This document shows, piece by piece, positions 46,192 to 55,199 of a stretch of 64,000 bases of DNA. The position numbers and the translations under genes are program-made. The notes beneath the pieces are model-generated. The model was not told the DNA's origin. It saw only the letters and a program-made list of their open reading frames with translations, and ran no database searches. Positions within the stretch are counted from its first letter, which is position 1. Every line of letters begins with the position of its first letter. The stretch is from Bacteroidales bacterium (GTDB lineage Bacteria; Bacteroidota; Bacteroidia; Bacteroidales; Marinifilaceae): NCBI GenBank assembly GCA_015061245.1, contig SUWY01000010.1, forward strand, positions 1,301-65,300. Direction: 5' to 3'.

Positions 46192-47783
46192 TGATTATTG
46201 TGATGAATAAGATTTTTAAAGGAATATTATCACTCTCAATGGTTGCAGCTATAATGGTAGCTTGTGATCAGGATGAGGGTAACTATAGTTACGATTACGA
46301 GAACGTAACTAAGATAACTATTGACACAACCGGAGTTGACCGCTCAGAGTTGTGGGGATGGGCAGTTGGCGATACTATCGATTTCTGTCCAAATGTATAC
46401 ACCACAGGCGATACAGCAGACTTGAAGTACTACTACTTTGTTACTGCATCAAATTACCAACCTATTCAGGATGGTAATGCACTGGTATATCCTCCTGCTG
46501 ATACAATCAGTAAGGGTAAAGACCTTCACTACATAGTAGATTTGACCCCTGGAGAGTCATATAGATTATACTTTATGGTCGAGGATACTAAGATTGGAGC
46601 AAAGGCATTTATGATGTTGTCAAGCTGGTTGTCTATCCCAATTAATGGAGAGGTAATTGGAATCTATTGTGCACATCAGAAAGATGGACACTTCGAGATT
46701 GACGTTGTTCGCTCTGATAAAGCTTTGATTCTTGGTTCTGGTCGTGATACTGCTATCTGGTCTAAGAACCACCCAACCGATCTGTTCCAGTCAGTTATTA
46801 TCGACTTTAAGTGGTCATCTGCAGGACACTGGTTCTATATGTTCCTTGAGGATGGAACAGCAAAGCGTATCAATCCAGTAGCGTTGGCATATATGGATGA
46901 GAGCTGGGAGGATATGTTCTATGAGGCTCCTGTTTACAATCCACAGGGTATAGCGACAGCTAATGGATGTGACTTCCTTATCAACGATGGCAAGATGCAT
47001 GTATTGTATAACTCAATAGCTGGAGATAGAAGATTCCCTGCTCCTGTAACAGGTTCTGATAATATTGCACCTTGGTTCAATACCGAGACAATTACAAGCT
47101 GGGGACACTTGGAGGGAGCTATTGATGCATACCAGATTGTTTACGATGCAGATAAAAATGCCTTCAGACCATACTATAATCAGGCAACTTCATTGGCTGG
47201 ATTTGCTCCATCGGTTGCAGATGCTCAGTTCGATGTAAATAACGTTGAGGGTGAGATGCTGTATGGTGCAACATTCAACGGCACCGAGTCTATGTATATA
47301 ATGAAGAATGGCTCTGCTTGTGATTTATATGTTGCATGTTTCAACAATGTTAAGGATGAGGGAAATTTGGCTCGTAAGAAGGTGTCTTTGGCAGGATGCC
47401 CTGGAATTACAGAGGCTAACGGCTTTACATCAACAACAGCCGGTTCTGCATTCTTCTACTCAACAGGAAATAAGGTATATTCATTCTCTTACTCTACAGG
47501 TCAGACTGAGGCTCACCTTTTGTGGGAAGGAGAAGAGGGCGATGAGGCGACTGCTCTATGTTTGTTGAGTGTTGGAGGTTTCCCAACTGCAGGTTCTATC
47601 CTTTGGTTCGGAGTTTGGAATGAGACAACTCAGAAGGGTAAGTTGGTTGAGTTTGAGATTGATCCTGTTGCAGGAACTGCCAGCAATATGTGGGGACCAA
47701 TGTTTGCAGGAACTGAGGAGAATCCTATAATTTACGAGGATTTCGGTAAGATTCAGGCAATTACTGAGTACAATGGTTATTAA
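46191..47783 (+). CDS. Surface lipoprotein, PKD-like/beta-propeller-like family (tentative)
   Basis: 530 aa. Lipobox IMVACDQDE. The start overlaps the previous stop (TAATG); an alternative ATG is at 46203. Confidence 0.5.
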   Translation: MIIVMNKIFKGILSLSMVAAIMVACDQDEGNYSYDYENVTKITIDTTGVDRSELWGWAVGDTIDFCPNVYTTGDTADLKYYYFVTASNYQPIQDGNALVYPPADTISKGKDLHYIVDLTPGESYRLYFMVEDTKIGAKAFMMLSSWLSIPINGEVIGIYCAHQKDGHFEIDVVRSDKALILGSGRDTAIWSKNHPTDLFQSVIIDFKWSSAGHWFYMFLEDGTAKRINPVALAYMDESWEDMFYEAPVYNPQGIATANGCDFLINDGKMHVLYNSIAGDRRFPAPVTGSDNIAPWFNTETITSWGHLEGAIDAYQIVYDADKNAFRPYYNQATSLAGFAPSVADAQFDVNNVEGEMLYGATFNGTESMYIMKNGSACDLYVACFNNVKDEGNLARKKVSLAGCPGITEANGFTSTTAGSAFFYSTGNKVYSFSYSTGQTEAHLLWEGEEGDEATALCLLSVGGFPTAGSILWFGVWNETTQKGKLVEFEIDPVAGTASNMWGPMFAGTEENPIIYEDFGKIQAITEYNGY

Positions 47784-47808
47784 TCATTTGTAGCTGACTA
47801 ATATTTCA

Positions 47809-47842
47809 GGTGGTAGGACAAAATAGGTCCTACCACTTTTTT
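47809..47842 (+). terminator. Intrinsic terminator of the SusC/D operon
   Basis: Hairpin ggtggtaggac-aaaatag-gtcctaccac followed by tttttt. Confidence 0.7.
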
Positions 47843-47898
47843 AAAAATTATTTTTGAAAAAAAACGCACTTTTTGTTTGTAGGTTTAAAATAAAGCAT

Positions 47899-47906
47899 TA
47901 CCTTTG
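47899..47906 (+). promoter_or_regulatory. -7 box TACCTTTG for tRNA-Leu
   Basis: Exact TAnnTTTG, 17 nt upstream of the mature tRNA 5' end. Confidence 0.5.
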
Positions 47907-47923
47907 CATCGCAAATCTTTGAA

Positions 47924-48005
47924 GCGGGTGTGGTGAAATTGGTAGACACGGTAGACTTAGGATCTACTGCCGCGAGGCTTGGGGGTTCGAGTCCCTTCAC
48001 CCGTA
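47924..48005 (+). tRNA. tRNA-Leu (anticodon TAG), class II with long variable arm; CCA not encoded
   Basis: Hand fold: acceptor gcgggtg/cacccgt (G1-U72 wobble), D-stem gtg/cac, anticodon stem gtaga/tctac with loop cTTAGga, variable arm gcc-gcga-ggc, T-arm ggggg-ttcgagt-ccctt, discriminator A. Confidence 0.9.
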
Positions 48006-48016
48006 CTTTTCTTATG

Positions 48017-48050
48017 AAGAGATACTTTTAAGGTATCTCTTTTTATTTTT
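48017..48050 (+). terminator. Intrinsic terminator after tRNA-Leu
   Basis: Hairpin agagatac-ttttaag-gtatctct followed by ttttattttt. Confidence 0.6.
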
Positions 48051-48088
48051 ATATACTTTTAGAGTTTGTATATTGTTTTTTTTTCTAT

Positions 48089-48096
48089 TAAATTTG
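48089..48096 (+). promoter_or_regulatory. -7 box TAAATTTG for tig
   Basis: Exact TAnnTTTG, 62 nt upstream of the ATG at 48159. Confidence 0.45.
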
Positions 48097-48158
48097 CATC
48101 GTCAAAAATGGGTATAGGACTTTCCGTCCGTATTTAATTTAAATTTTCTATTCAAAAA

Positions 48159-49496
48159 ATGAATGTTACTAAAAATCAGATTGATGAGCTAAATGCTACA
48201 ATCACTGTCGAGGTATGTAAGGCAGATTATGCCGCAGATGTTGAGAAACAGTTGAAAAAATATCAGCAAAGTGCACAAATCCCTGGTTTTCGTAAGGGAA
48301 AGGCCCCATTCGGTATGATTAAAAAGATGTATGGAGACTCTTTGACCGGTGAGGCTATCAACAATGTGCTTGCAACCAACCTTAACAAATACATCAAGGA
48401 GAACGATTTGAATATCATGGGACAACCACTTCCCAACACAACCATCCAGAAGCCAATTGATATGGAGGCAGAGACAATGGAGTTTGTATATGATATTGCT
48501 TTGGCTCCTGCAATGAACGTTGAGCTTTCTAAGCGAGAGAAGATTGTTTACTACTCAATCGATGTTACCGAGGAGATGGTAAACAAGCAGATTGAGATGA
48601 TTTGCCAGCAGAATGGCTCTTTGGTTGATGTTGAGGAGGCTACCGACAACGAGTTTATCAAGGGAGAGGTTATTGAGCTTGGTAAGGAGAATGGAATCAA
48701 GAATGAGGAGGCTTCTTTGTCATTGCATTACTTGAAGGACGAGGATACAAAGGCTGCTTTCAAGGGTAAGAAGATTGGCGATGTTGTTGAGTATGATGCA
48801 TTGAAAGCTCACCCAAATCCAACTGACTTGGCTGCTATGTTGGGAGTTAAGAAGGAGGAGCTTGAGGGATTCGGTCCAATGGTATCTTTCACTATCAAAG
48901 AGATGAAGCGTCATCAGGCTGCTACTTTAGGCGAGGAGTTGTATGCAAGAACATACGGAGCTGAGGTAGTAAAGACTGAGGAGGAGTTCAAGGCTAAGGT
49001 AAAATCAGATATCGAGAATCAGTTGAAGGGACACTCAGAGTACCGTTTCACAATCGATGCTAAGGCTAAGTTGTTGAAGAAGAATGCTGATGTTCAGCTA
49101 CCAGAGGAGTTCTTGAAGAGATGGATTCTTGCTGTAAACGAGAAGATGACTGCCGAGGAGGTTGAGAAGGACTTCGAGGGATTCCGTGAGGAGTTTAAGT
49201 GGCAGTTGATTAAGTCTGCTATCTTGAAAGCTGCCGGTAAGCAGGTTGAGGATGCAGATGTAAAGGCTTGTGCACGTGAGCTTGCAGCTGCTCAATTGCA
49301 ACAGTTTGGTCTTTATGGTATGACCGATGAGCAACTTGACGGTTTTGCAGATCGCTTGTTGCAGGATGAGCGTCAGAGAGAGGGTTTATTGGATCGCGCA
49401 GTAGAGAATAAAGTGTTTGCTGTTGTGAAGGAGAGTGTGAAGTTGGATGAGCAATCTATCTCTATGGACGATTTCCAGAAATTGTTTGAAAAGTAA
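48159..49496 (+). CDS. tig: Trigger factor
   Basis: 445 aa. The ribosome-binding signature GFRKGKAP is near the N-terminus; acidic helical C-domain. Confidence 0.95.
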   Translation: MNVTKNQIDELNATITVEVCKADYAADVEKQLKKYQQSAQIPGFRKGKAPFGMIKKMYGDSLTGEAINNVLATNLNKYIKENDLNIMGQPLPNTTIQKPIDMEAETMEFVYDIALAPAMNVELSKREKIVYYSIDVTEEMVNKQIEMICQQNGSLVDVEEATDNEFIKGEVIELGKENGIKNEEASLSLHYLKDEDTKAAFKGKKIGDVVEYDALKAHPNPTDLAAMLGVKKEELEGFGPMVSFTIKEMKRHQAATLGEELYARTYGAEVVKTEEEFKAKVKSDIENQLKGHSEYRFTIDAKAKLLKKNADVQLPEEFLKRWILAVNEKMTAEEVEKDFEGFREEFKWQLIKSAILKAAGKQVEDADVKACARELAAAQLQQFGLYGMTDEQLDGFADRLLQDERQREGLLDRAVENKVFAVVKESVKLDEQSISMDDFQKLFEK

Positions 49497-49508
49497 TTTT
49501 TTAACGAT

Positions 49509-50942
49509 ATGATGAAACACATTTTTAAATGTGCCATGTTAGCCGCAGCATCAGCGGCTATTTTGGTTTCATGTAAACCGGCACTGCCAGAGGGAAAGGC
49601 AATCTACATCCCACGAGAGTTTGATACTGTGGATTTCTACAATCCAGAGAGTGAGTACAGCTATGACAGAATGGCTTATACCGATGATATCGTAGTCTTC
49701 TGGCAAAAGGGATTTGGTAAGGAGCTTACCAATGTTCCTGCGTTAGAGGGTACTGATATGAATGTAGATTTGGAGAGAATCTTGAATAAGACTCAAAGCT
49801 TCTACAACTTCTTTAAGGATACCATGAAGTTCATTCAGCCGGGTTCTAAGGCTGATACCTTCAGAATGATGGTTATGTTGAACTACTCATTGGAGGGAAC
49901 TGCTTACGGAGGTGACTATGATGGTAAGATTGGTGCTTTGTGGGTAACTCCATTGCGTTTGCGCGATGAGAAGTTGAATTGTATTGCTCACGAGTTGGGA
50001 CACTCATTCCAGGCTCAGTTGGTTATCGATAATGGTTCAAGAACCGGCGAGGGTGCTATTTATGAGATGACTTCACAGTGGATGTTGTGGCAGGTAAATC
50101 CTGATTGGATTACTGACGAGAATTACCACTGGGTAGATTTCATGAAGCAGACTCACTTTGCTTTCATGCACCACGCAAATATCTACCACTCTCCATACGT
50201 ATTGGAGTACTGGTCTGATAAGCACGGTGTAGAGTTCATTGCTAACTTGTGGAGAGCTTTCACTCCTGAGGAGGATGTAGTATCTACATATAAGAGAATT
50301 ACAGGAATCAATCAGGAGCAGTTCAATGCTGAGATGTACGATGCAGCTACAAAGTTCATGACTTATGACATGCCACGTGTACGTGAGAATGCTAAGCCAT
50401 ACGCTAACAAGCACACTTCTGCAATGACAAAGCAGTATGGTGGATGGTATAAGATTGATGCTTCAAGAACACCTCAGAACTATGGATATAACGGAATTGA
50501 GTTGGAGGTTCCTGCTCCAGGTAAGACTGTAACAGTTCAGTTCGAGGGATTGGTTAATGAGGTTCCTTCTATCTATCAGGGTGTAGCTGGTTGGAGATAT
50601 GGTTTGGTTGCAGTACCAAAGAGTGGTGCTCCTATCTATACCGAGATGGTAAGCGATACAAAGGGTAAGGTATCTTATACTGCTCCTGCCGGTGAGGAGT
50701 TGGCTCACTTGTGGTTGGTAGTATTGGGAGCTCCAAGCGAGCACGAGAATAAGGCATTCCGTCGTCCGGATCCAAAGGATTTTGTTCCAGATTCAGAGTT
50801 GAGCCACGAGGAGATTGCTCCAAGTGCTGGTGGTCCAGAGGATCAGAAGACAATTCGTCGCAGAAGAGCACAGAAACCTACTGCTGAGTATCCATTCAGA
50901 ATTAAGGTTACCAATTCAAAACCTATCTGCGAGATTAAGTAA
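49509..50942 (+). CDS. Putative secreted zinc metallopeptidase lipoprotein (HExxH)
   Basis: 477 aa. Lipobox ILVSCKP; HELGH in CIAHELGHSFQ; basic, proline-rich C-terminal region. Confidence 0.55.
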   Translation: MMKHIFKCAMLAAASAAILVSCKPALPEGKAIYIPREFDTVDFYNPESEYSYDRMAYTDDIVVFWQKGFGKELTNVPALEGTDMNVDLERILNKTQSFYNFFKDTMKFIQPGSKADTFRMMVMLNYSLEGTAYGGDYDGKIGALWVTPLRLRDEKLNCIAHELGHSFQAQLVIDNGSRTGEGAIYEMTSQWMLWQVNPDWITDENYHWVDFMKQTHFAFMHHANIYHSPYVLEYWSDKHGVEFIANLWRAFTPEEDVVSTYKRITGINQEQFNAEMYDAATKFMTYDMPRVRENAKPYANKHTSAMTKQYGGWYKIDASRTPQNYGYNGIELEVPAPGKTVTVQFEGLVNEVPSIYQGVAGWRYGLVAVPKSGAPIYTEMVSDTKGKVSYTAPAGEELAHLWLVVLGAPSEHENKAFRRPDPKDFVPDSELSHEEIAPSAGGPEDQKTIRRRRAQKPTAEYPFRIKVTNSKPICEIK

Positions 50943-50960
50943 AATAGATTAGTTCTATAA

Positions 50961-50998
50961 ATTATGAGGGCGACTTACAAATAAGTCGCCCTCATAAT
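50961..50998. terminator. Bidirectional terminator hairpin (16-bp stem) between convergent genes
   Basis: attatgagggcgactt-acaaat-aagtcgccctcataat, followed by ttt. It abuts the GT2 stop codon. Confidence 0.7.
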
Positions 50999-50999
50999 T

Positions 51000-52316
51000 T
51001 TAGTGGTTGATACGGTTTTGTAGTTCAATGGTTCGAAGCCAATCTTTGTAGGTATTGAAACGGTTCAACTTCTCTATTGGAAGCGAGGCATCGGAGTTGC
51101 CCTCCCAGCGTCTGCACAGATATAGCGGTTCATATATTCTGCCTAGTTTATACTCTCCGCAGATTCTTATTCCGACAGCATAGTCCTCGCCATAACTGAC
51201 ATTTGGGAAGCCAATTTCTCGGATGATTGGAGTGTAGAAAGCTCTTGGTGCACCAAGTCCATTAATTCGGAGTGCATTATTCATGCCGTTGGTATCGCTC
51301 CACTCTTTATGGTCAATAATTCCGGGAGGTAACTCCTCTAACTTAAAGTTTACCATTTGATAGCTACCTACAACCATAGCGCATTGCTCTTTGATAAAAC
51401 ATTCGCGAATGCGTGATATAACATTCTCATCTATATAAAGGTCATCGCTATCTAATTGGATTGCGTATCTTCCGCACTCTTTATGACGTATTGCCAAATC
51501 CCAACATCCTCCAATGCCTAAGTCCTTTGCTTCAGGGATTACGTGAACAATTCTCTTGTCGCTGACGGCAAGATTACTTAGGATTTGAGATGTGTTATCG
51601 GTAGAGTGGTTATCTACAATGATTATATTGAATGGGAATTCAGCCTTTTGACTAAGTACTGATTTAACTGCGTCGGCAATTGTCTTTTCTCGATTGAAGA
51701 CCGGAATGATAACACTTACCTCATTGTTAAAATGGTCCTCTTGAGTGTCAATCTTTTTCATTGGAGGAGTGATGTATGCTCCAACTCTTTTCAAGTAGTT
51801 TGAAAAAATCTCTTCCATTTCAATTTGAACCTCTCTGTTGCGAGGATTGACATAGTCAAATTGTTTCTCTCCTGATTTTCGTGAATCATACTCTTCTTCG
51901 GTGTATAACATTTCAGGAATGTGGTGAATTTTGCCACTTTGGCTAATTCGGAGACGCAAATCGTATATTGCACCATAGTTCAATTCGCTCTCATTCTCGT
52001 TAATAGCTTTTTTTACGCTCTCTGTTTTGCAATATGCAATGGCACCAAAATCGAAATCGTCACGAACAGAACCCTTTTGGTATTCGATTGTCGGATTGGG
52101 AGTTGTGGTTCCGTTTAAGGCTTTTCTATAGTCACAATATATCCAATCGGCATTTGTCGCTTTTGCAACCTGCTCCATGCGGATTTGCCAATTAGAGTCA
52201 AGAGTTACTTTTGTAGGACGAATACCCAGTATGAAATATTCTGACGAAACCTCGCCAATAGCCTCTTTCAAGGCTGAGCTGGATTGGTTTTTAGGTATAA
52301 TTATCTCTCTATTCAT
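51000..52316 (-). CDS. Family-2 glycosyltransferase with an extra N-terminal domain of about 190 aa
   Basis: 438 aa. The GT-A core is [24 protein letters not shown] ... [10 protein letters not shown] ... QLDSDD. Confidence 0.8.
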   Translation of the reverse strand: MNREIIIPKNQSSSALKEAIGEVSSEYFILGIRPTKVTLDSNWQIRMEQVAKATNADWIYCDYRKALNGTTTPNPTIEYQKGSVRDDFDFGAIAYCKTESVKKAINENESELNYGAIYDLRLRISQSGKIHHIPEMLYTEEEYDSRKSGEKQFDYVNPRNREVQIEMEEIFSNYLKRVGAYITPPMKKIDTQEDHFNNEVSVIIPVFNREKTIADAVKSVLSQKAEFPFNIIIVDNHSTDNTSQILSNLAVSDKRIVHVIPEAKDLGIGGCWDLAIRHKECGRYAIQLDSDDLYIDENVISRIRECFIKEQCAMVVGSYQMVNFKLEELPPGIIDHKEWSDTNGMNNALRINGLGAPRAFYTPIIREIGFPNVSYGEDYAVGIRICGEYKLGRIYEPLYLCRRWEGNSDASLPIEKLNRFNTYKDWLRTIELQNRINH

Positions 52317-52340
52317 AATTCTTATTTTTACTATCTCCTA

Positions 52341-52348
52341 CAAAGTTA
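52341..52348 (-). promoter_or_regulatory. -7 box TAACTTTG (minus strand) for the GT2 gene
   Basis: Plus-strand CAAAGTTA, an exact match to the consensus, 24 nt upstream of the start at 52316. Confidence 0.45.
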
Positions 52349-52479
52349 CTCTTTTTTCTTTCTTTATTAACGATTAAGTAAATATTTGGAGTTTTAATAA
52401 AAAATTGCGAAATTGCACTCTTGATTTGTTGGAGTAACTCCACTTATGTAAAGATATTAACTAAGATAAATAATAGGGT

Positions 52480-53826
52480 ATGAAGAGATTTTTTAAATTT
52501 TGTTGTGTGGCCGTTTTAGCAATGGCTTGTGCAACTCCGCTAATGGCTCAGAATAGTGTGCCAATGATGCGTATGGGTGGAAATATGAGTGCACCACAAG
52601 GTGGAGTATTATATGGACGTCTAAGCAAAATGCCGAATATCTCAAAGATCAGGAAGATTGAGACTCCAAGATTTGCAGAGAAGTATGAGGTGTTTATTGA
52701 GCAGGAGTTGGATCAGGTAAATAAGAATGCCGGTAAGTTCTTGCAGAGAGTTATTGTTTGTCACCGTGGATTTGACCGTCCAACAGTTTTGGTAACTGAG
52801 GGTTATGAGGCAAATAGAAATACATCGCCTGGTTATACCGATGAGTTGGCAGAGTTGTTTAATGCAAATATTGTAGTTGCAGAGTATAGATATTTTGCAA
52901 AGTCTATGCCTGAGCCATGTAATTGGGACTACTTGACAGTTGAGAATTCATTGTATGATTTGCACAATATCCGTCAAACATTTGGAGAGTTGTATAAGGG
53001 TAAATGGATCTCTACAGGAATTAGTAAGGGTGGTCAGACAACAATGTTCTATAGAGCTAAATTCCCTAATGATGTAGATATCTCTGTTCCTTATGTTGCA
53101 CCTTTGAACAAGGGTATCGAGGATGGTCGCCATGAGAAGTTCCTTGCTAAGGAGGTGGCCGATGAGAAGAGCCGTCAGATAGTATTGGATTTCCAGATGG
53201 AGATGATGAAGCGTAAGGCAGAGTTGCTTCCAATGTTTAAGGCTCACTGCGACGCAAAGGGTTATGAGTTCCGTTTGCCAATCGAGGAGGTTTATGATTA
53301 CGATGTAATGGAGTACTCTTTTGCTCACTGGCAGTGGGGATTGCCAATTGATAAGGTTCCAGGAGCTGATGCTACCAATGAGGAGATTTTCAAATATGCG
53401 ATAGGAATTTTGGAGCCAAACTATTTTGCAAAGCAGACCCCTTACACTTCATTTAATGTGCAGGCTGTTCGTGAGTTGGGTTACTATGGCTATGATATGA
53501 AGCCATTTAAGAAGTATATGGATATTAAGAGTCCAAAGGATTATATGCGTCGTTTGATGATTATCGAGGAGCTTAGTGGAGATGAGTTTGATAAGACTCT
53601 TTATAAGGATACTAAGAAGTTCTTAAAGAAGAATGATCCTAAGATGATCTATATCTATGGTGAGTATGATCCATGGAGTGCATCAGGTGTTATGGATTTG
53701 AAGAATAAAGAGAATATCAAAATCTATGTTCACCCTGGAGGAAGCCACTCAACAAGAATCAATTCATTTGCAGAGCCTAAGAAATCAGAGATTATCAATA
53801 CAATCAAGGGTTGGCTTGAAGAGTAA
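52480..53826 (+). CDS. Secreted alpha/beta-hydrolase-type serine peptidase (S28/S37-like; family tentative)
   Basis: 448 aa. Signal peptide MKRFFKFCCVAVLAMACATPLMAQ; nucleophile elbow GISKGG. Confidence 0.55.
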   Translation: MKRFFKFCCVAVLAMACATPLMAQNSVPMMRMGGNMSAPQGGVLYGRLSKMPNISKIRKIETPRFAEKYEVFIEQELDQVNKNAGKFLQRVIVCHRGFDRPTVLVTEGYEANRNTSPGYTDELAELFNANIVVAEYRYFAKSMPEPCNWDYLTVENSLYDLHNIRQTFGELYKGKWISTGISKGGQTTMFYRAKFPNDVDISVPYVAPLNKGIEDGRHEKFLAKEVADEKSRQIVLDFQMEMMKRKAELLPMFKAHCDAKGYEFRLPIEEVYDYDVMEYSFAHWQWGLPIDKVPGADATNEEIFKYAIGILEPNYFAKQTPYTSFNVQAVRELGYYGYDMKPFKKYMDIKSPKDYMRRLMIIEELSGDEFDKTLYKDTKKFLKKNDPKMIYIYGEYDPWSASGVMDLKNKENIKIYVHPGGSHSTRINSFAEPKKSEIINTIKGWLEE

Positions 53827-54277
53827 GTTCGGATAGTGCTTGGAGCGAGGTCTCATAATCGAAACCTCGCCCAAGGGCATAACGAAGTAGCTTGTTTTTA
53901 AGCTCTACAATATCTTTAGCTTTAGTGCTACGTGCCTTGTTCTTTAACAGAGCAAGGCACTGTTCTTTGTGACTGTTGTTATCAATTTGGTTTATTGCTT
54001 CAGTAATGATGGCTGTGTTTATATGTTTCATACGAAGCATGGCAATAATCTTCTGTTTACCCCATTTGTTGAATTGAAATTTGTCGTTGGCATATGCCAT
54101 AGCATAGCGTTCGTCATTAATCATATTCAAACTCTTTAATATGGCAATTATCTCCTCGGTATCATTGGTTGAGATTGTTGTGCGCGATAACTTTTCACGA
54201 ATGTCAAATTCGCAATATTCACGACGACTGCACGATGCAGCCATTTTGTTAAGAATTTTTTTGCTTATCTCATCCAT
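53804..54277 (-). CDS. recX: RecA regulator RecX
   Basis: 157-aa helical-repeat protein (EFDIREKL..., ERYAMAYANDKF..., LLRYALGRGFDYE). Confidence 0.8.
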   Translation of the reverse strand: MDEISKKILNKMAASCSRREYCEFDIREKLSRTTISTNDTEEIIAILKSLNMINDERYAMAYANDKFQFNKWGKQKIIAMLRMKHINTAIITEAINQIDNNSHKEQCLALLKNKARSTKAKDIVELKNKLLRYALGRGFDYETSLQALSELTLQANP

Positions 54278-55119
54278 TTGGCGCGTACAATTCTATCGTT
54301 GTTGAAGTTATCTTTATAAAGTTCTATTTTGCAATAGCCTATCTCCTGTAGCATGTTGCAACACTCTTTACCATACGCACGGTTAATTTCAAACCATAAC
54401 TCTCCGCCATTTTCGAGATGTTTTGTTCCGAACTGCGCAATTCTCCTATAGAATAGTAGTGGATTGGTGTCAGGAACAAAGAGGGCAGAGTGGGGTTCGT
54501 GCTCAAGGACTCGTCTCTCCATCTCCTGTTTTTCACTCTCGGTGATATATGGAGGGTTGCTGACTATAATGTTGTATTGCTCAAATCTATAGTTCTCCCA
54601 ATTTAGTATATCGGCTTCAATAAATTTAATCTCTACATTGTGACTCTCTGCATTTTGTTGTGCAATGCCAAGAGCCTCTTTGCTGATATCGCAAGCTGTA
54701 ACTTTAGCCCTCTCTATTTTTTTTGCTAGTGCTATTGCAATGGCTCCGCTGCCGGTTCCTATATCTAGAATTGTTACTGAAGATTTGTCTGTTTTAGCAA
54801 CCCTTTGAACTAACTCTTCGGTTTCCGGGCGAGGAATCAGTGTTGATGTGTCAACTTTTAATTTCAAACCCATAAACAGTTCATATCCAAAAATGTATTG
54901 AAGAGGTTCGCCCATGGATAGCCGTTTAAGAATATCTTTAATCCTCTTTACCGATTCGCTGGGTAACTGCTGGTCGTAATTTATAACCTGTTGAGTAAAA
55001 CTCCAACCTTGACACTCTTCAAATATTATACGAAGAGTGGCTTTAATCTCCGTTATGTCATATTCGGGAGATAAAAGTGTTTGGGCATAGTTGCTAATTG
55101 TTCGGATAGTTTCACTCAT
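54265..55119 (-). CDS. prmC: Release-factor glutamine N5-methyltransferase PrmC (HemK)
   Basis: 284 aa. SAM motif ILDIGTGSGAIAI; NPPY catalytic motif. Confidence 0.9.
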   Translation of the reverse strand: MSETIRTISNYAQTLLSPEYDITEIKATLRIIFEECQGWSFTQQVINYDQQLPSESVKRIKDILKRLSMGEPLQYIFGYELFMGLKLKVDTSTLIPRPETEELVQRVAKTDKSSVTILDIGTGSGAIAIALAKKIERAKVTACDISKEALGIAQQNAESHNVEIKFIEADILNWENYRFEQYNIIVSNPPYITESEKQEMERRVLEHEPHSALFVPDTNPLLFYRRIAQFGTKHLENGGELWFEINRAYGKECCNMLQEIGYCKIELYKDNFNNDRIVRAKWMR

Positions 55120-55124
55120 ATTTG

Positions 55125-55132
55125 CAAAGGTA
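55125..55132 (-). promoter_or_regulatory. -7 box TACCTTTG (minus strand) only 5 nt upstream of the prmC ATG
   Basis: Plus-strand CAAAGGTA, an exact match to the consensus. Confidence 0.4.
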
Positions 55133-55146
55133 AAGAAACTTTTTCA

Positions 55147-55154
55147 TACCTTTG
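55147..55154 (+). promoter_or_regulatory. -7 box TACCTTTG for cls
   Basis: Exact TAnnTTTG, 45 nt upstream of the cls start. Confidence 0.45.
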
Positions 55155-55199
55155 TAAAGTTAAGTCAGTTTATGGTGTGAACTTCAAACATAACTTGAC

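Noticed and set aside
36395-47842. Regulator-TlpA-SusCD block as a genomic island integrated at tRNA-Leu
   Set aside because: There is no integrase, transposase or conjugation gene. I saw no direct repeat of the tRNA 3' end upstream. Codon usage and promoter style look the same as in the flanking core genes.
47924-48005. G1-U72 wobble at the top of the tRNA-Leu acceptor stem as something unusual
   Set aside because: The rest of the cloverleaf is canonical and G-U pairs in acceptor stems occur. A hand fold cannot justify a claim beyond the gene call.
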